From Roseivirga sp. (GTDB taxonomy: Bacteria; Bacteroidota; Bacteroidia; Cytophagales; Cyclobacteriaceae), in NCBI GenBank assembly GCA_965661455.1, contig CBFIDV010000013.1, forward strand, positions 2,413 through 66,412: a DNA stretch of 64,000 bases. The letters are read 5' to 3'. Numbering within the stretch: position 1 is the stretch's first letter; the number at the start of each line of letters is the position of its first letter. Under the pieces are notes generated by a model that was not told the DNA's origin, made no database searches, and was given only the letters and a program-made list of their open reading frames with translations. The position numbers and the translations under genes were made by a program. Positions 47,080 through 56,867 of this stretch are shown here, one piece after another.

Positions 47080-48258
47080 TTATTTATTATCCATTAATCC
47101 CCTACCCGATTTCTTCAGCTCACCATTTGCCTTTAAATCTTCAGCAATTACATCAAGTATTCCATTAACGAATTGCTTGCTTTTTGGTGTACTGTAATTT
47201 TTTGAGAGCTCAATATACTCATTAATGGTAACCTTTACGGGTATGTTCCTGAAATTCAGCATTTCAGAAATGGCCATTTTTAATATAACCTGATCGGTTA
47301 TGGCCAAACGATCTATTTCCCAGTTCTTGGTTCTTGTAGAAATCATTTCAGTGTAAGACTCATCGTTTTCTACAGTGGTATCCAAGATTTTTTCAAAGAA
47401 TTCTTTATCCTCTTCCCAGTCATTAGAGAAATCAGGTAGGTCGAACGTTTTAGACTCTGAATCTTTCTCAACATCTCTTACCGAACGTGCCACCAAACTT
47501 CTTACAATTGCCTTATTTTCAACCCAGTGAATATCTTTATCCTCGAACCAGGAAAGAAGTACATCTTCTCTAAAAAGTAATTGCTTGATCAAATGATCAA
47601 TTAAGGCTTTGTCTTGATCGAAGGTTGGGTTGGCAACTCTTCGATATTCAGAGAAAGTCTCATCTCTTTTTACAATATCTTTGTACCAGCTTTTAACAGT
47701 ATCCTCATCGCTCTCCCACGAAATATTCTTTTTGAGACTAGCAATTTGAATCTTTGGAGATTGTCTGAAAAAATCAATCACTCTATTATTGGAGAAATTG
47801 AAATCGCCAGTTAAAAGGCGTTCTGGAGATATCTTCTTCTTTTTATCAGCCTCCTTTTTACTCAGATCACTCCATTCAACTAGCAAAGTCATTACCCACA
47901 AAAAGGAATCTACTAGAGACTCCGCATCTAGAATCATCTCCTTCTTAAGTCTCTTGAAGTCTTCAGCTGAGTTATAAAGGGAGTTTTTGTAAGCCTTAGC
48001 CGCAGATTCTTCTGAAGCAACAGACATTTCTACTCCTTCTGGCAATGGATTACCGAGTACCTTATGAGCGAGAATAGACTTGGCCATTTTCTTATTAGAC
48101 TTCAACAAATCATGATCGGGCGCTTCCATAGAGTTAAGGTCGGGTTTGAACTCTTCCTCTATTTCTTCTAGGCCAATGTTAAAATTGGCTTCTTTGCATT
48201 GGCTTAAAGCGAATAGCGTCTGCATTGCTTTAACACGTAAGGATCTCCTGTTGAGCAT
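47080..48258 (-). CDS. nusB: transcription antitermination factor NusB (long form)
   Basis: 392 aa. NusB-like N-terminal RRSLRVKAMQTLFA and C-terminal WEIDRLAITDQVILKMAISEML...INEYIELSK...FVNGILD, separated by a long insert. Confidence 0.8.
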   Translation of the reverse strand: MLNRRSLRVKAMQTLFALSQCKEANFNIGLEEIEEEFKPDLNSMEAPDHDLLKSNKKMAKSILAHKVLGNPLPEGVEMSVASEESAAKAYKNSLYNSAEDFKRLKKEMILDAESLVDSFLWVMTLLVEWSDLSKKEADKKKKISPERLLTGDFNFSNNRVIDFFRQSPKIQIASLKKNISWESDEDTVKSWYKDIVKRDETFSEYRRVANPTFDQDKALIDHLIKQLLFREDVLLSWFEDKDIHWVENKAIVRSLVARSVRDVEKDSESKTFDLPDFSNDWEEDKEFFEKILDTTVENDESYTEMISTRTKNWEIDRLAITDQVILKMAISEMLNFRNIPVKVTINEYIELSKNYSTPKSKQFVNGILDVIAEDLKANGELKKSGRGLMDNK

Positions 48259-48322
48259 CTAGTAAGTATAAGAACGTGAAAATAGAAATAAGCAGGCAGT
48301 TATTGCAACTGCCTGCTTGTAA

Positions 48323-49435
48323 TTATATCGAAATTTTTACCTTTCCTACCTCTTCAATACGCTTTTCAGCCAATTTTACGGCTGCCTCTTGCGTGGTAAT
48401 GTCGTTCGAATCGGCAAATTCAAATATCCTTTGCGTTGTATCATAGATCTTTTCTGTCCATAAATAAGCTAAGTCTTTGTTGTAGCTACCTTTCAATTCA
48501 GAAGAAATATTGATGATTCCACCTGCATTGATCACAAAATCTGGCGCATAAATTATGCCTTCGCTTCGTAGCAAATTGCCATGACGTACTTCATCTGCCA
48601 ATATATTGTTAGCCCCACCAGCAATAACACTTGCTTTGAGTCTTTTAAGCGTTTCGTCATTTACCGTAGCGCCCATTGCACATGGTGCATAGATGTCTAC
48701 TGGTAAGTCGTAAATCTCATCCATGCCTACGACCGTAGCACCTGAGTCAGCCGCAACGTTCTTTAATCTCTCTTGGTTAAGGTCCGTAATGAAAATCTCA
48801 GCACCTTCTTTTGCCAAGTGACCAACCAAGTACTTTCCTACCTGACCAACACCTTGAACAGAAATCTTTTTACCAGAAAGGCTATCAGAACCATAGGCTT
48901 TCTTAGCGGCTGCTTTAATACCCATATAAACTCCATAGGCAGTAACGGGAGAAGGATCTCCAGAGCCCCCCATTTCTACAGGCAAACCAGTAACATGTTT
49001 AGTTTCCATGCCGATATATTCCATATCGCTGGTCTTCATATTCATGTCTTCTGCAGTGATGTATTTACCACCGAGATTGTTGACAAACTTTCCAAATCTT
49101 CTTAAGAAAGGTTCGTTCTTAAGTTTTGCTGGGTCTCCGATAATTACCGCTTTTCCTCCACCTAAATTCAGGCCAGAAACTGCAGCTTTGTAGGTCATGC
49201 CTCTTGAAAGTCTTAGCACATCAATGGCCGCTTCTTCTTCAGTTGCGTAGTTCCACATCCGCGTTCCTCCAAGCGCTGGACCTAAAACTGTATTATGAAT
49301 ACCAATGATTGCTTTGAGACCAGTGGCTTCGTCATGGCAATAAACAATCTGCTCATGACCCATCTTAGCGACCTCTTCGAAGACAGATATGCTGCCGGTT
49401 TTTTCCAGTGCATTAACTTCTTCCATTATATTCAA
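48323..49435 (-). CDS. Leu/Phe/Val dehydrogenase family protein
   Basis: 370 aa with GPALGGTRMW, KAAVSGLNLGGGKAVI and GVGQVG (Rossmann). Confidence 0.88.
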   Translation of the reverse strand: MNIMEEVNALEKTGSISVFEEVAKMGHEQIVYCHDEATGLKAIIGIHNTVLGPALGGTRMWNYATEEEAAIDVLRLSRGMTYKAAVSGLNLGGGKAVIIGDPAKLKNEPFLRRFGKFVNNLGGKYITAEDMNMKTSDMEYIGMETKHVTGLPVEMGGSGDPSPVTAYGVYMGIKAAAKKAYGSDSLSGKKISVQGVGQVGKYLVGHLAKEGAEIFITDLNQERLKNVAADSGATVVGMDEIYDLPVDIYAPCAMGATVNDETLKRLKASVIAGGANNILADEVRHGNLLRSEGIIYAPDFVINAGGIINISSELKGSYNKDLAYLWTEKIYDTTQRIFEFADSNDITTQEAAVKLAEKRIEEVGKVKISI

Positions 49436-49451
49436 TTTTATAGTTTACTTT

Positions 49452-49459
49452 TATCTTTG
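49452..49459 (+). promoter_or_regulatory. -7 box TATCTTTG upstream of the ABC exporter gene
   Basis: Exact TAnnTTTG match 115 nt upstream of GTG 49574. Confidence 0.3.
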
Positions 49460-49489
49460 CCTGAATAGGCAGTACTGTTTGACAGTGCG

Positions 49490-49497
49490 CAAAAGTA
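49490..49497 (-). promoter_or_regulatory. -7 box TACTTTTG upstream of the Leu/Phe/Val dehydrogenase gene
   Basis: Minus-strand exact TAnnTTTG match 55 nt upstream of ATG 49435. Confidence 0.3.
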
Positions 49498-49573
49498 ACC
49501 AATATCTCGACATTTCTAAATAATTAAAACTAGCTACGGCAACCTTTAGGCAGGGGTTACTGTTAACTGTATC

Positions 49574-51361
49574 GTGAAAGAACTAAAGCATCTCAACAAG
49601 TACCTTTACAAGTACAAACACCTTCTTATTCTGGGCTTTATCTTCCTAGTAATCTCAAATTACTTTGCGGTTTGGCCTGCTAAAGTGGTTAGATATGCGA
49701 TAGACTACGTTACAGATAGCTTTGCACTTTATCGCCTATTCGAAGGTGGCGACCTGAGTGACAACATCTTCGATAGCCTGCAAAAAGGAGTGCTTATTTT
49801 GGGTGGGCTCATGATTTTAATGGCCTTAATGAGAGGTTTCTTTCTGTTCCTTGTTAGGCAAACCATTATTGTAATGTCTCGAAGAATAGAATTTGATCTG
49901 AAAAACGAAATATTCGAGCAATACCAAAACCTACCGCTAAGCTTTTATAGAAGGAATAATACTGGTGATTTAATGAACCGTATTTCCGAAGATGTAAATC
50001 GGGTTAGAATGTACCTAGGGCCAGGTATTATGTATGGCATAAACCTACTTGTGCTCTTCCCAATGGTAATCTATGAGATGTTAAGGGTGAATGCGGAGCT
50101 CACATTTTATGCACTGCTGCCTCTACCCATTCTATCTTTGAGTATTTATTTTGTTAATAATATCATCAATAAACGTTCTGAAGAAATTCAGCAAAGCCTT
50201 TCTGATCTTTCCACTCACGTTCAGGAAGCCTTCTCCGGTATTAGAGTGATTAAGGCGTTTGTGAGAGAGATAGATTCTGCCACAAAATTCGAAACTGAAA
50301 GCGAAAAATATAAGTATCGTTCGCTGAGATTAACTTTTGTGAACGCCCTATTCTTTCCGTTGATTATGGCGCTTATTGGTCTAAGTGTTATTCTCACCAT
50401 TTATATAGGAGGAACGAAAGTAATTAACGGTGAAATCACTTATGGCAATATTGCAGAATTCGTGATTTACGTGAATATGCTCACTTGGCCTGTTACTGCT
50501 CTGGGTTGGATTACGAGTATTAACCAAAGGGCAGCAGCATCCCAAAAACGAATTAACCAATTCTTGAAAGAGAAGAATGAGATAATATCCAGTGAAGAAA
50601 TTGACAAGAACCTATCGGGTGACTTGGTATTTGACGATGTAAGTTTTGTTTACCCTGATTCTGGTATTCAGGCACTCAAGAATATCTCATTTGATGTGAA
50701 AGCGGGTGAATCAATTGCCATTATTGGAACTACGGGTAGTGGTAAGAGTACGATTGCCAATCTCATGTTGAGACTCTATGATACATCTTCAGGTAAAATA
50801 AAACTTGACGGTACCTCTATTGAAAAACTGAATATCTCAAGCATGAGAAATCAGATGGGTTATGTGCCACAAGACGTCTTCTTATTCTCCGATACCATTG
50901 CGAACAACATAGCATTTGGCGGTAAGAATATTAGCAAGGAGAAAATTCATAAAGCTGCCAAAGATGCGGACTTGTATGACAACGTAATTGACTTTGCCGA
51001 GGGTTTTGAAACCATGCTTGGTGAAAGAGGAATCACACTTTCTGGTGGGCAAAAGCAAAGAGCATCCATAGCTCGTGCCATCGTACGCGATCCAAAAATT
51101 TTAATCTTAGATGATGCGCTTTCGGCTGTTGATACCAATACTGAGAACACGATCTTAAATAGCCTTGCAGAACTAATGAAAGGCAGAACTACAGTTATAA
51201 TTTCACATCGTGTTTCATCTGCCAAGCTTGCAGATAAAATCATAGTACTAGATGATGGAGAAATAATTGAATCGGGTACAAACGAATCGCTGCTAGCCAA
51301 AAAAGGCGTTTATAGCGACCTCTACGAAAAGCAACTCAAGCAAGAAGAAGATGCTGGATAA
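49574..51361 (+). CDS. ABC transporter ATP-binding/permease protein (exporter half-transporter)
   Basis: 595 aa with a 6-TM domain, then GTTGSGKST, LSGGQKQR and ILILDDALSAVD. Confidence 0.9.
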   Translation: MKELKHLNKYLYKYKHLLILGFIFLVISNYFAVWPAKVVRYAIDYVTDSFALYRLFEGGDLSDNIFDSLQKGVLILGGLMILMALMRGFFLFLVRQTIIVMSRRIEFDLKNEIFEQYQNLPLSFYRRNNTGDLMNRISEDVNRVRMYLGPGIMYGINLLVLFPMVIYEMLRVNAELTFYALLPLPILSLSIYFVNNIINKRSEEIQQSLSDLSTHVQEAFSGIRVIKAFVREIDSATKFETESEKYKYRSLRLTFVNALFFPLIMALIGLSVILTIYIGGTKVINGEITYGNIAEFVIYVNMLTWPVTALGWITSINQRAAASQKRINQFLKEKNEIISSEEIDKNLSGDLVFDDVSFVYPDSGIQALKNISFDVKAGESIAIIGTTGSGKSTIANLMLRLYDTSSGKIKLDGTSIEKLNISSMRNQMGYVPQDVFLFSDTIANNIAFGGKNISKEKIHKAAKDADLYDNVIDFAEGFETMLGERGITLSGGQKQRASIARAIVRDPKILILDDALSAVDTNTENTILNSLAELMKGRTTVIISHRVSSAKLADKIIVLDDGEIIESGTNESLLAKKGVYSDLYEKQLKQEEDAG

Positions 51362-51415
51362 TCAGGTAATAAATTAACGGACCCTCTGGTTTTCTGATGC
51401 TTGTTCTGCTAATAT

Positions 51416-51940
51416 CTACTTAGCAGGCATATCAATCATTAAGAGATTCTCAGAGACGTATTGCTCAATGGTAAAATCTTGAAGCCTCAAATTGGCTTCT
51501 GCAGCTTTCTCCTTCAGACTTTCTTCAATGGTGCCAGGGCTTGGCATTACAGAATTATGAGCCTCTATACTGGCTCTTGCTGAATACTTGGCAGGAATGG
51601 TTAGGCGCTGATAATTCGCAGGAATGTCTGATATTCCCACATTCAATTTTATCCCGATAAAGAACTTTACTTGACCCTCCTCTAGTGTAGTGTCATTATA
51701 ATGAACGAGCGTTAAAACCCCATCATACTGATCGTTTAGAACATATTGTTTAGCCTCTCCGTACGCCTCTTCAATCTTCTTACTATCTCCATCACCAACA
51801 AATGGCACCCCAATGAGATTGTAGTCAGATACACTTTCAACGGTATATTCAACCTTATTTAATCCACCTAAATACATGTAGGTTGCGGTAATTGCTGCGA
51901 TAATAATAAAGCCTACTACGGTTACTAACTTCTTATTCAT
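51416..51940 (-). CDS. membrane-anchored hypothetical protein, possibly GyrI-like effector-binding fold
   Basis: 174 aa with an N-terminal TM. Its ATG shares one nt with the TAA of the upstream exporter gene (TAATG). The fold call rests on weak pattern resemblance only. Confidence 0.45.
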   Translation of the reverse strand: MNKKLVTVVGFIIIAAITATYMYLGGLNKVEYTVESVSDYNLIGVPFVGDGDSKKIEEAYGEAKQYVLNDQYDGVLTLVHYNDTTLEEGQVKFFIGIKLNVGISDIPANYQRLTIPAKYSARASIEAHNSVMPSPGTIEESLKEKAAEANLRLQDFTIEQYVSENLLMIDMPAK

Positions 51941-53718
51941 TATATCTCTAAAACTTCTTTATACTGCATATTGTAAAGGTTGGCATAGAAGCCCTTTTTC
52001 TCAAGCAATTCTGAGTGACTTCCAATCTCTTTAATCTCACCTTTATCTAGAACAATAATCTTATCTGCATTCTGAATGGTAGAAAGCCTGTGAGCAATAA
52101 CCACTGCTGTTCGGCCCTTCATCATCTGACTGATTGCCGTTTGAATTAACTCTTCCGTCTCTGTATCTACAGAAGAAGTAGCCTCGTCTAATACAATAAT
52201 CTTAGGGTTATAGACCATGGCACGAACAAAAGAAATCAACTGCCTTTGCCCAACTGACAAAGTAGATCCTCTTTCCATTACGTCATAATCATAACCTCCG
52301 GGGAGTTTATTGATAAACTTATTCACCCCAACTAATTCTGCGGCTTCTTTGATTTTACTATCCGGAATATCCAGATTACCTAGTGTAATGTTGTAACGAA
52401 TAGTATCTGAAAACAAGAAAACGTCTTGTTGCACTACTCCTATATTCTCTCTGAGTGCGGAAAGCTCAAATTCATCAATGTTTACACCATCCACTGAGAT
52501 ATCGCCCTTGTTAATTTCGTAGAATTTTGAGAGCAAATTAATCACGGAAGACTTTCCTGCACCGGTAGCTCCTACCAAGGCAACGGTTTCTCCCTCCTTT
52601 ACATCAAATGAGATATCTTTTAATACGTAGTCTTCTTCGTTGTAAGCAAACCAAACATTCTTGAAAGAAACGTCTCCTCTTATGATATCAGGTCTGTAAG
52701 ATCCTTCATTAGAGATATGATTTGTATTGTCCAACAAGTCGAAGATTCTATTAGAACTTACAATACCCATTTGCAGCGTATTGAATCGATCGGCAATCAT
52801 TCGTATTGGGCGGAAAAACATCTGAATATACATGATGAATGCAATGATGGTTCCAGGCCCAGCAGCCGTATCAATCAAGATCTCTCTAGCTCCATACCAA
52901 ACGGCCATTCCTATGGCAACGGCTTGAATAATCTCAGCAACAGGAAAATAGATTGAATAATACAGAACCGATTTTACGTGGGCTTTCGTATGATCTGCAT
53001 TAATCTCTTTGAACTTGTCCATCTCTCGCTTTTCAGCATTGAAGATTTGAACAATGCTCATTCCCGTTACATGCTCTTGAACAAAAGAGTTAAGATTTGA
53101 AACCGCATTCCTCACTTGGTTAAAAGTGACTTTAATTTTCTCTTTAAAAACGTAAGTACTGAAAATTAGCAGCGGCAGCGTAGATAAACTGATTAGTGTC
53201 AATCGCCAGTCGGTATAGAGCATTACTGCCAGCAGCACCACTAATTGTAGCAGGTCGCCAATAAGGGCGGCTATTCCTTCGCTAAATACATTACTCAGCG
53301 TTTCAATATCTGAAACATTACGAGTTACCAACCTTCCAATTGGTGTTTTATCGAAGAATTTGAGTCTTAAACGTACTAAATGCTTATAAAGCTTTACCCG
53401 AATGTCTTTGATGATTACCTGGCCGACCCAACCCGATAAATAGGTGTGCGAATACTGCGTAATTGCGTAAATAATGATGTGTGCCACCATGAGGGTAACC
53501 ATTAACACCACTCCATCATAATCTCCAAGAGGAACGTAATTATCAATAGCTCTTCTTACCAACTCTGGGCGAACTGGTGCTAAGAGCGCCATGAATATTG
53601 TTAGGAAGACCAGAAGTCCGAATTGCTTCTTATACGGACGAGCAAACAAGAAAAGCCTCTTCAATACTTTGAAGTCTATGACATTCCCACTCTTTACCTT
53701 CTGCTCTTCCTTCTTCAA
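51940..53718 (-). CDS. ABC transporter ATP-binding/permease protein (exporter half-transporter)
   Basis: 592 aa with a 6-TM domain, then GATGAGKSS, LSVGQRQL and IIVLDEATSSVD. Confidence 0.9.
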   Translation of the reverse strand: MKKEEQKVKSGNVIDFKVLKRLFLFARPYKKQFGLLVFLTIFMALLAPVRPELVRRAIDNYVPLGDYDGVVLMVTLMVAHIIIYAITQYSHTYLSGWVGQVIIKDIRVKLYKHLVRLRLKFFDKTPIGRLVTRNVSDIETLSNVFSEGIAALIGDLLQLVVLLAVMLYTDWRLTLISLSTLPLLIFSTYVFKEKIKVTFNQVRNAVSNLNSFVQEHVTGMSIVQIFNAEKREMDKFKEINADHTKAHVKSVLYYSIYFPVAEIIQAVAIGMAVWYGAREILIDTAAGPGTIIAFIMYIQMFFRPIRMIADRFNTLQMGIVSSNRIFDLLDNTNHISNEGSYRPDIIRGDVSFKNVWFAYNEEDYVLKDISFDVKEGETVALVGATGAGKSSVINLLSKFYEINKGDISVDGVNIDEFELSALRENIGVVQQDVFLFSDTIRYNITLGNLDIPDSKIKEAAELVGVNKFINKLPGGYDYDVMERGSTLSVGQRQLISFVRAMVYNPKIIVLDEATSSVDTETEELIQTAISQMMKGRTAVVIAHRLSTIQNADKIIVLDKGEIKEIGSHSELLEKKGFYANLYNMQYKEVLEI

Positions 53719-53721
53719 CGT

Positions 53722-54468
53722 CTACTTATAAATTTCTTCTGAATAATTTACCTCTGTCAAAAAGAGCCCTTGAGGCGGCAAAGCCCTACCTGCTTTGGTC
53801 CTATCCTTAGACTCGATGATACTAACAAAATCTACGACAGTAAGTTTCCTTCTCCCTACTTCGAGTAATGTTCCAACCAAAGCCCTCACCATTCCGCGCA
53901 AGAATCGATTAGCCCGAACTTCAAATACCAATTGGTCTTCAGTCTGAGTCCACTTGGCTTTAGTAACAGTACAAAGGAAGGTGTTTACTTCGGTTTTGAC
54001 CTTACTAAAACTCTCAAAGTCTTGCTCTCCGAGTAATTTATTTGCCGCTTCATTCATTAAATCCACATCGAGCTCATAAGAGAACTGATAACTCAGATTC
54101 TCTAAAAAAGGTGACTTCCGTTGGTTGATGAAATATTGATAAGCTCTTTCTTGAGCATCGAAGCGCACGTGCGCCTCTTTTTGTACTTCTCTTAGCGTTT
54201 TAGCTGCTATGTCTTTGGGTAACAAACTATTCAGTTTATGTAAAAAGTCCTTAGCCGACATTTTCATTTCAAAGTCGAAATGAACGAGCTGCTGTTTAGC
54301 ATGAACGCCAGTATCTGTACGACCACTCCCCATTACATCTACCCTTTCCTTCAGAATAGTGGAAATAGAATCCTGCAAAACCTCTTGAACTGAAATAGCA
54401 TTAGGTTGTATCTGCCAACCATGATAGTTGGTGCCATTGTAAGAGATATCGAGGAAATAGCGATTCAA
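53722..54468 (-). CDS. truA: tRNA pseudouridine(38-40) synthase
   Basis: 248 aa with a TTG start, YFLDISYNGTNYHGWQIQ, and the catalytic GSGRTDTGVHA. Confidence 0.93.
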   Translation of the reverse strand: MNRYFLDISYNGTNYHGWQIQPNAISVQEVLQDSISTILKERVDVMGSGRTDTGVHAKQQLVHFDFEMKMSAKDFLHKLNSLLPKDIAAKTLREVQKEAHVRFDAQERAYQYFINQRKSPFLENLSYQFSYELDVDLMNEAANKLLGEQDFESFSKVKTEVNTFLCTVTKAKWTQTEDQLVFEVRANRFLRGMVRALVGTLLEVGRRKLTVVDFVSIIESKDRTKAGRALPPQGLFLTEVNYSEEIYK

Positions 54469-54470
54469 GG

Positions 54471-54510
54471 GTTAGGGTTTAGAAGTTAGGAGTTGGAAGT
54501 TAGGAGTTAG
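54471..54510. repeat. GTTAGG-rich flank: tandem 13-mer GAAGTTAGGAGTT x2
   Basis: The copies are at 54482-54494 and 54496-54508. GTTAGG also occurs at 54471. The second copy contains the stop codon of the four-helix-bundle gene. Confidence 0.8.
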
Positions 54511-54856
54511 TTCTAATCTTGGAACTATATGAAGAAAGCATCTTACCCACTTCGTCAATTTTCATTATCAAAGATTCTTTTTCTACGGTATATTCTAAAT
54601 CAGAAGCTAGAATAACAAAATATTTGAGCTCCTGTAAAGAGCCTTCTGAAATATTATAAAATCTCAATTTGTCTTTTGGGCCTCGCTTTGTGTAGCCCTC
54701 CACGATGTTTGAAGGTACACTATAAGCCGCGCTCCGCATTTGAGAAGTTAAAGCATAGACTTCGTCTTTTGGGAAATCCTTTTTTAATCTATAAATCTCT
54801 AAGGTTAACTGATGCGCCTTTTGCCAGACTACTAAATCTTCAAATGTTTGTGCCAT
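54500..54856 (-). CDS. four-helix-bundle protein (23S rRNA intervening-sequence protein family, TIGR02436-like)
   Basis: 118 aa. FEDLVVWQKAHQLTLEIY...FPKDEVYALTSQMRSAAYSVPSNIVEG is the family signature. Confidence 0.85.
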   Translation of the reverse strand: MAQTFEDLVVWQKAHQLTLEIYRLKKDFPKDEVYALTSQMRSAAYSVPSNIVEGYTKRGPKDKLRFYNISEGSLQELKYFVILASDLEYTVEKESLIMKIDEVGKMLSSYSSKIRTNS

Positions 54857-54892
54857 ATTCTAACTTCTATCTACTTGATTCTAGCTTCTCAA
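54857..54892. repeat. opposite flank of the four-helix-bundle cassette, inverted relative to 54481-54490
   Basis: 54859-54868 tctaacttct is the reverse complement of AGAAGTTAGA, against AGAAGTTAGG at 54481-54490 (9 of 10). Further gttag/gaag fragments are present in reverse complement (54881-54897). Confidence 0.6.
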
Positions 54893-56092
54893 CTAACATT
54901 TTTCATAGACTACTGCCGCTCCTTGTCCTACGCCAATACACATAGTCGCCAATCCATATTTAACATTATCTCTCTTCTGCATTTCATGAAGTAAAGTCGC
55001 TGAAATTCGCGTACCGCTTGCACCAAGTGGATGCCCAATCGCAATTGAACCACCGTTGACATTTACTTTCTCTGGATCAAGACCTAATTCTTGCATGCAA
55101 GGAATGGCTTGTGCAGCGAATGCCTCGTTGAGTTCAACGAGATCTAAATCGTTAACTGTAATTCCTGCTCTTTTTAACGCTTTTTGAGATGCAGGAACCG
55201 GACCAATACCCATAATATCTGGAGATACTCCGGCAACAGCCATGGAAACTACTCTTGCCATTGGCGTTAGATTAAATTCTTTCAGAACGGATTCATTCAC
55301 TATTAATGAAACAGCGGCACCATCATTAATTCCCGATGCATTTCCAGCAGTAACTGTACCTCCTTCTTTAAAAGCTGCTTTTAAGGAACCCAGCTTCTCT
55401 AAAGATGAGAGCCTTGGATGTTCATCTTTAACAAAATGGATAGGATCTTTTTTCCGCTGCGGTATATCAATCGCTACAATCTCGTTTTCAAACCTTCCAG
55501 CTTCATGAGCGGCTTGATACCTCACCTGCGTGGCATGTGCAAACTCGTCTTGTGCTTGACGCGAAACATTCCAACGTTCTGCTACATTTTCAGCGGTTTC
55601 GCCCATAGCATATGGGTGATGCAAAGCAGAGAGCTTAGGATTAGCAAACCTCCACCCGATGGTGGTATCATACATATTAGGTACTCTTCCGTAAGCAGTT
55701 TCTGATTTTCCCATCACAAAAGGTGCTCGGGTCATACTTTCTGTACCTCCCGCTAAATAAGCCTGTCCTTCTCCTAGCATGAGTCCACGGCTTGCGTCCA
55801 TAATGGACTGCAATCCAGAGGCACACAGCCTGTTCACGGTCACTCCACCAACCTCTTGAGGAATACCCGCAAGAAGCAATGCCATTCTGGCTACGTTTCT
55901 GTTGTCTTCTCCCGCCTGATTTGCAGCACCAAATACTACGTCTTCTAATAATTCAGGATTGAACGGGGCATTTCTTTTCAAAATTTCTTTGATCACATGC
56001 GCGGCAAGATCATCTGGTCTTATTGATGCTAAAGTTCCACCAAAACGACCAACAGGTGTTCTTACGATATCTACGATATATGCGGTTTCCAT
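54893..56092 (-). CDS. acetyl-CoA C-acyltransferase (thiolase)
   Basis: 399 aa with VNRLCASGLQS (active Cys), NVNGGSIAIGHPLGASG and CIGVGQG. Confidence 0.93.
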   Translation of the reverse strand: METAYIVDIVRTPVGRFGGTLASIRPDDLAAHVIKEILKRNAPFNPELLEDVVFGAANQAGEDNRNVARMALLLAGIPQEVGGVTVNRLCASGLQSIMDASRGLMLGEGQAYLAGGTESMTRAPFVMGKSETAYGRVPNMYDTTIGWRFANPKLSALHHPYAMGETAENVAERWNVSRQAQDEFAHATQVRYQAAHEAGRFENEIVAIDIPQRKKDPIHFVKDEHPRLSSLEKLGSLKAAFKEGGTVTAGNASGINDGAAVSLIVNESVLKEFNLTPMARVVSMAVAGVSPDIMGIGPVPASQKALKRAGITVNDLDLVELNEAFAAQAIPCMQELGLDPEKVNVNGGSIAIGHPLGASGTRISATLLHEMQKRDNVKYGLATMCIGVGQGAAVVYEKC

Positions 56093-56328
56093 AAGTATCT
56101 GAGTTATGAATTAAGAAAGAAGAGATATGAGATCATGATAACTTCCTCTTCAATTCGAATATTACGCGAAATAAGGGAAAATTGATTTAAGATGTCATGG
56201 TTTAGATAACAGACGGTAAAAGTAAAATTACGGAACTATTTGCCTGACCCGTTACAGCAGGTGTATGTGGTTTGAAACTTTCTGAATCGTAAATCAAAAT
56301 TCTTACCTAATACATTGAAAGAGACAAC

Positions 56329-56336
56329 TATATTTG
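56329..56336 (+). promoter_or_regulatory. -7 box TATATTTG upstream of the DUF4293 gene
   Basis: Exact TAnnTTTG match 20 nt upstream of ATG 56356. Confidence 0.3.
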
Positions 56337-56355
56337 CACTCCAGAATTCAAGATT

Positions 56356-56850
56356 ATGATCCAACGTATTCAAACTGTATTCTTATTATTAATTGCTGTC
56401 GCAATGGCAACTATGCCCTTTACGAATATATGGGGAGAGTTAAATGCTGAAAAAGAGCAACTAAGACTCTTATCCGGGTTTAAACTAGAATTAATAGATA
56501 CAAAAGGAACACTCAATGATACTGCAGATGACGAGGTTATTAGCACCGAATCAAATTGGTATCTAGGTTCTTTATCTCTCTTAGCTTCACTAGTAGCGTT
56601 TTATTCTATCTTTTCTTTTAAGAATAGATTAACGCAAATGAAATTAGGTGCACTAAACGCTTTATTAATGGCGGCAACACTAGGACTTAGTTATTTTCTA
56701 ATTTATCAAAACGAACCACTTTTTGAAGGTCAGGGGAATATCACCACCGGCTTTTTTCTACCAGCTGGTGCTATGTTATTGAATATTCTTGCCAATCGTT
56801 TTATCAGAAAAGACGATAAGCTCGTTAAATCTGTTGATCGCATTAGATAG
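56356..56850 (+). CDS. DUF4293-like membrane protein
   Basis: 164 aa with 4 TM. The N-terminus MIQRIQTVFLLLIAV is typical of the family as I remember it. Confidence 0.65.
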   Translation: MIQRIQTVFLLLIAVAMATMPFTNIWGELNAEKEQLRLLSGFKLELIDTKGTLNDTADDEVISTESNWYLGSLSLLASLVAFYSIFSFKNRLTQMKLGALNALLMAATLGLSYFLIYQNEPLFEGQGNITTGFFLPAGAMLLNILANRFIRKDDKLVKSVDRIR

Positions 56851-56867
56851 TCCTAACTAAAAGGCAT

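Noticed and set aside
47080-48258. Unusually long NusB (392 aa) as a novelty
   Set aside because: As far as I recall, long NusB proteins with an insert between the first helix and the core domain are typical of Bacteroidota, so this is probably a phylum trait.
48773-51300. Antisense ORFs 48773..49105 (+), 49008..49193 (+) and 50947..51300 (-)
   Set aside because: These are shadow frames of the dehydrogenase and ABC exporter genes, with no independent support.
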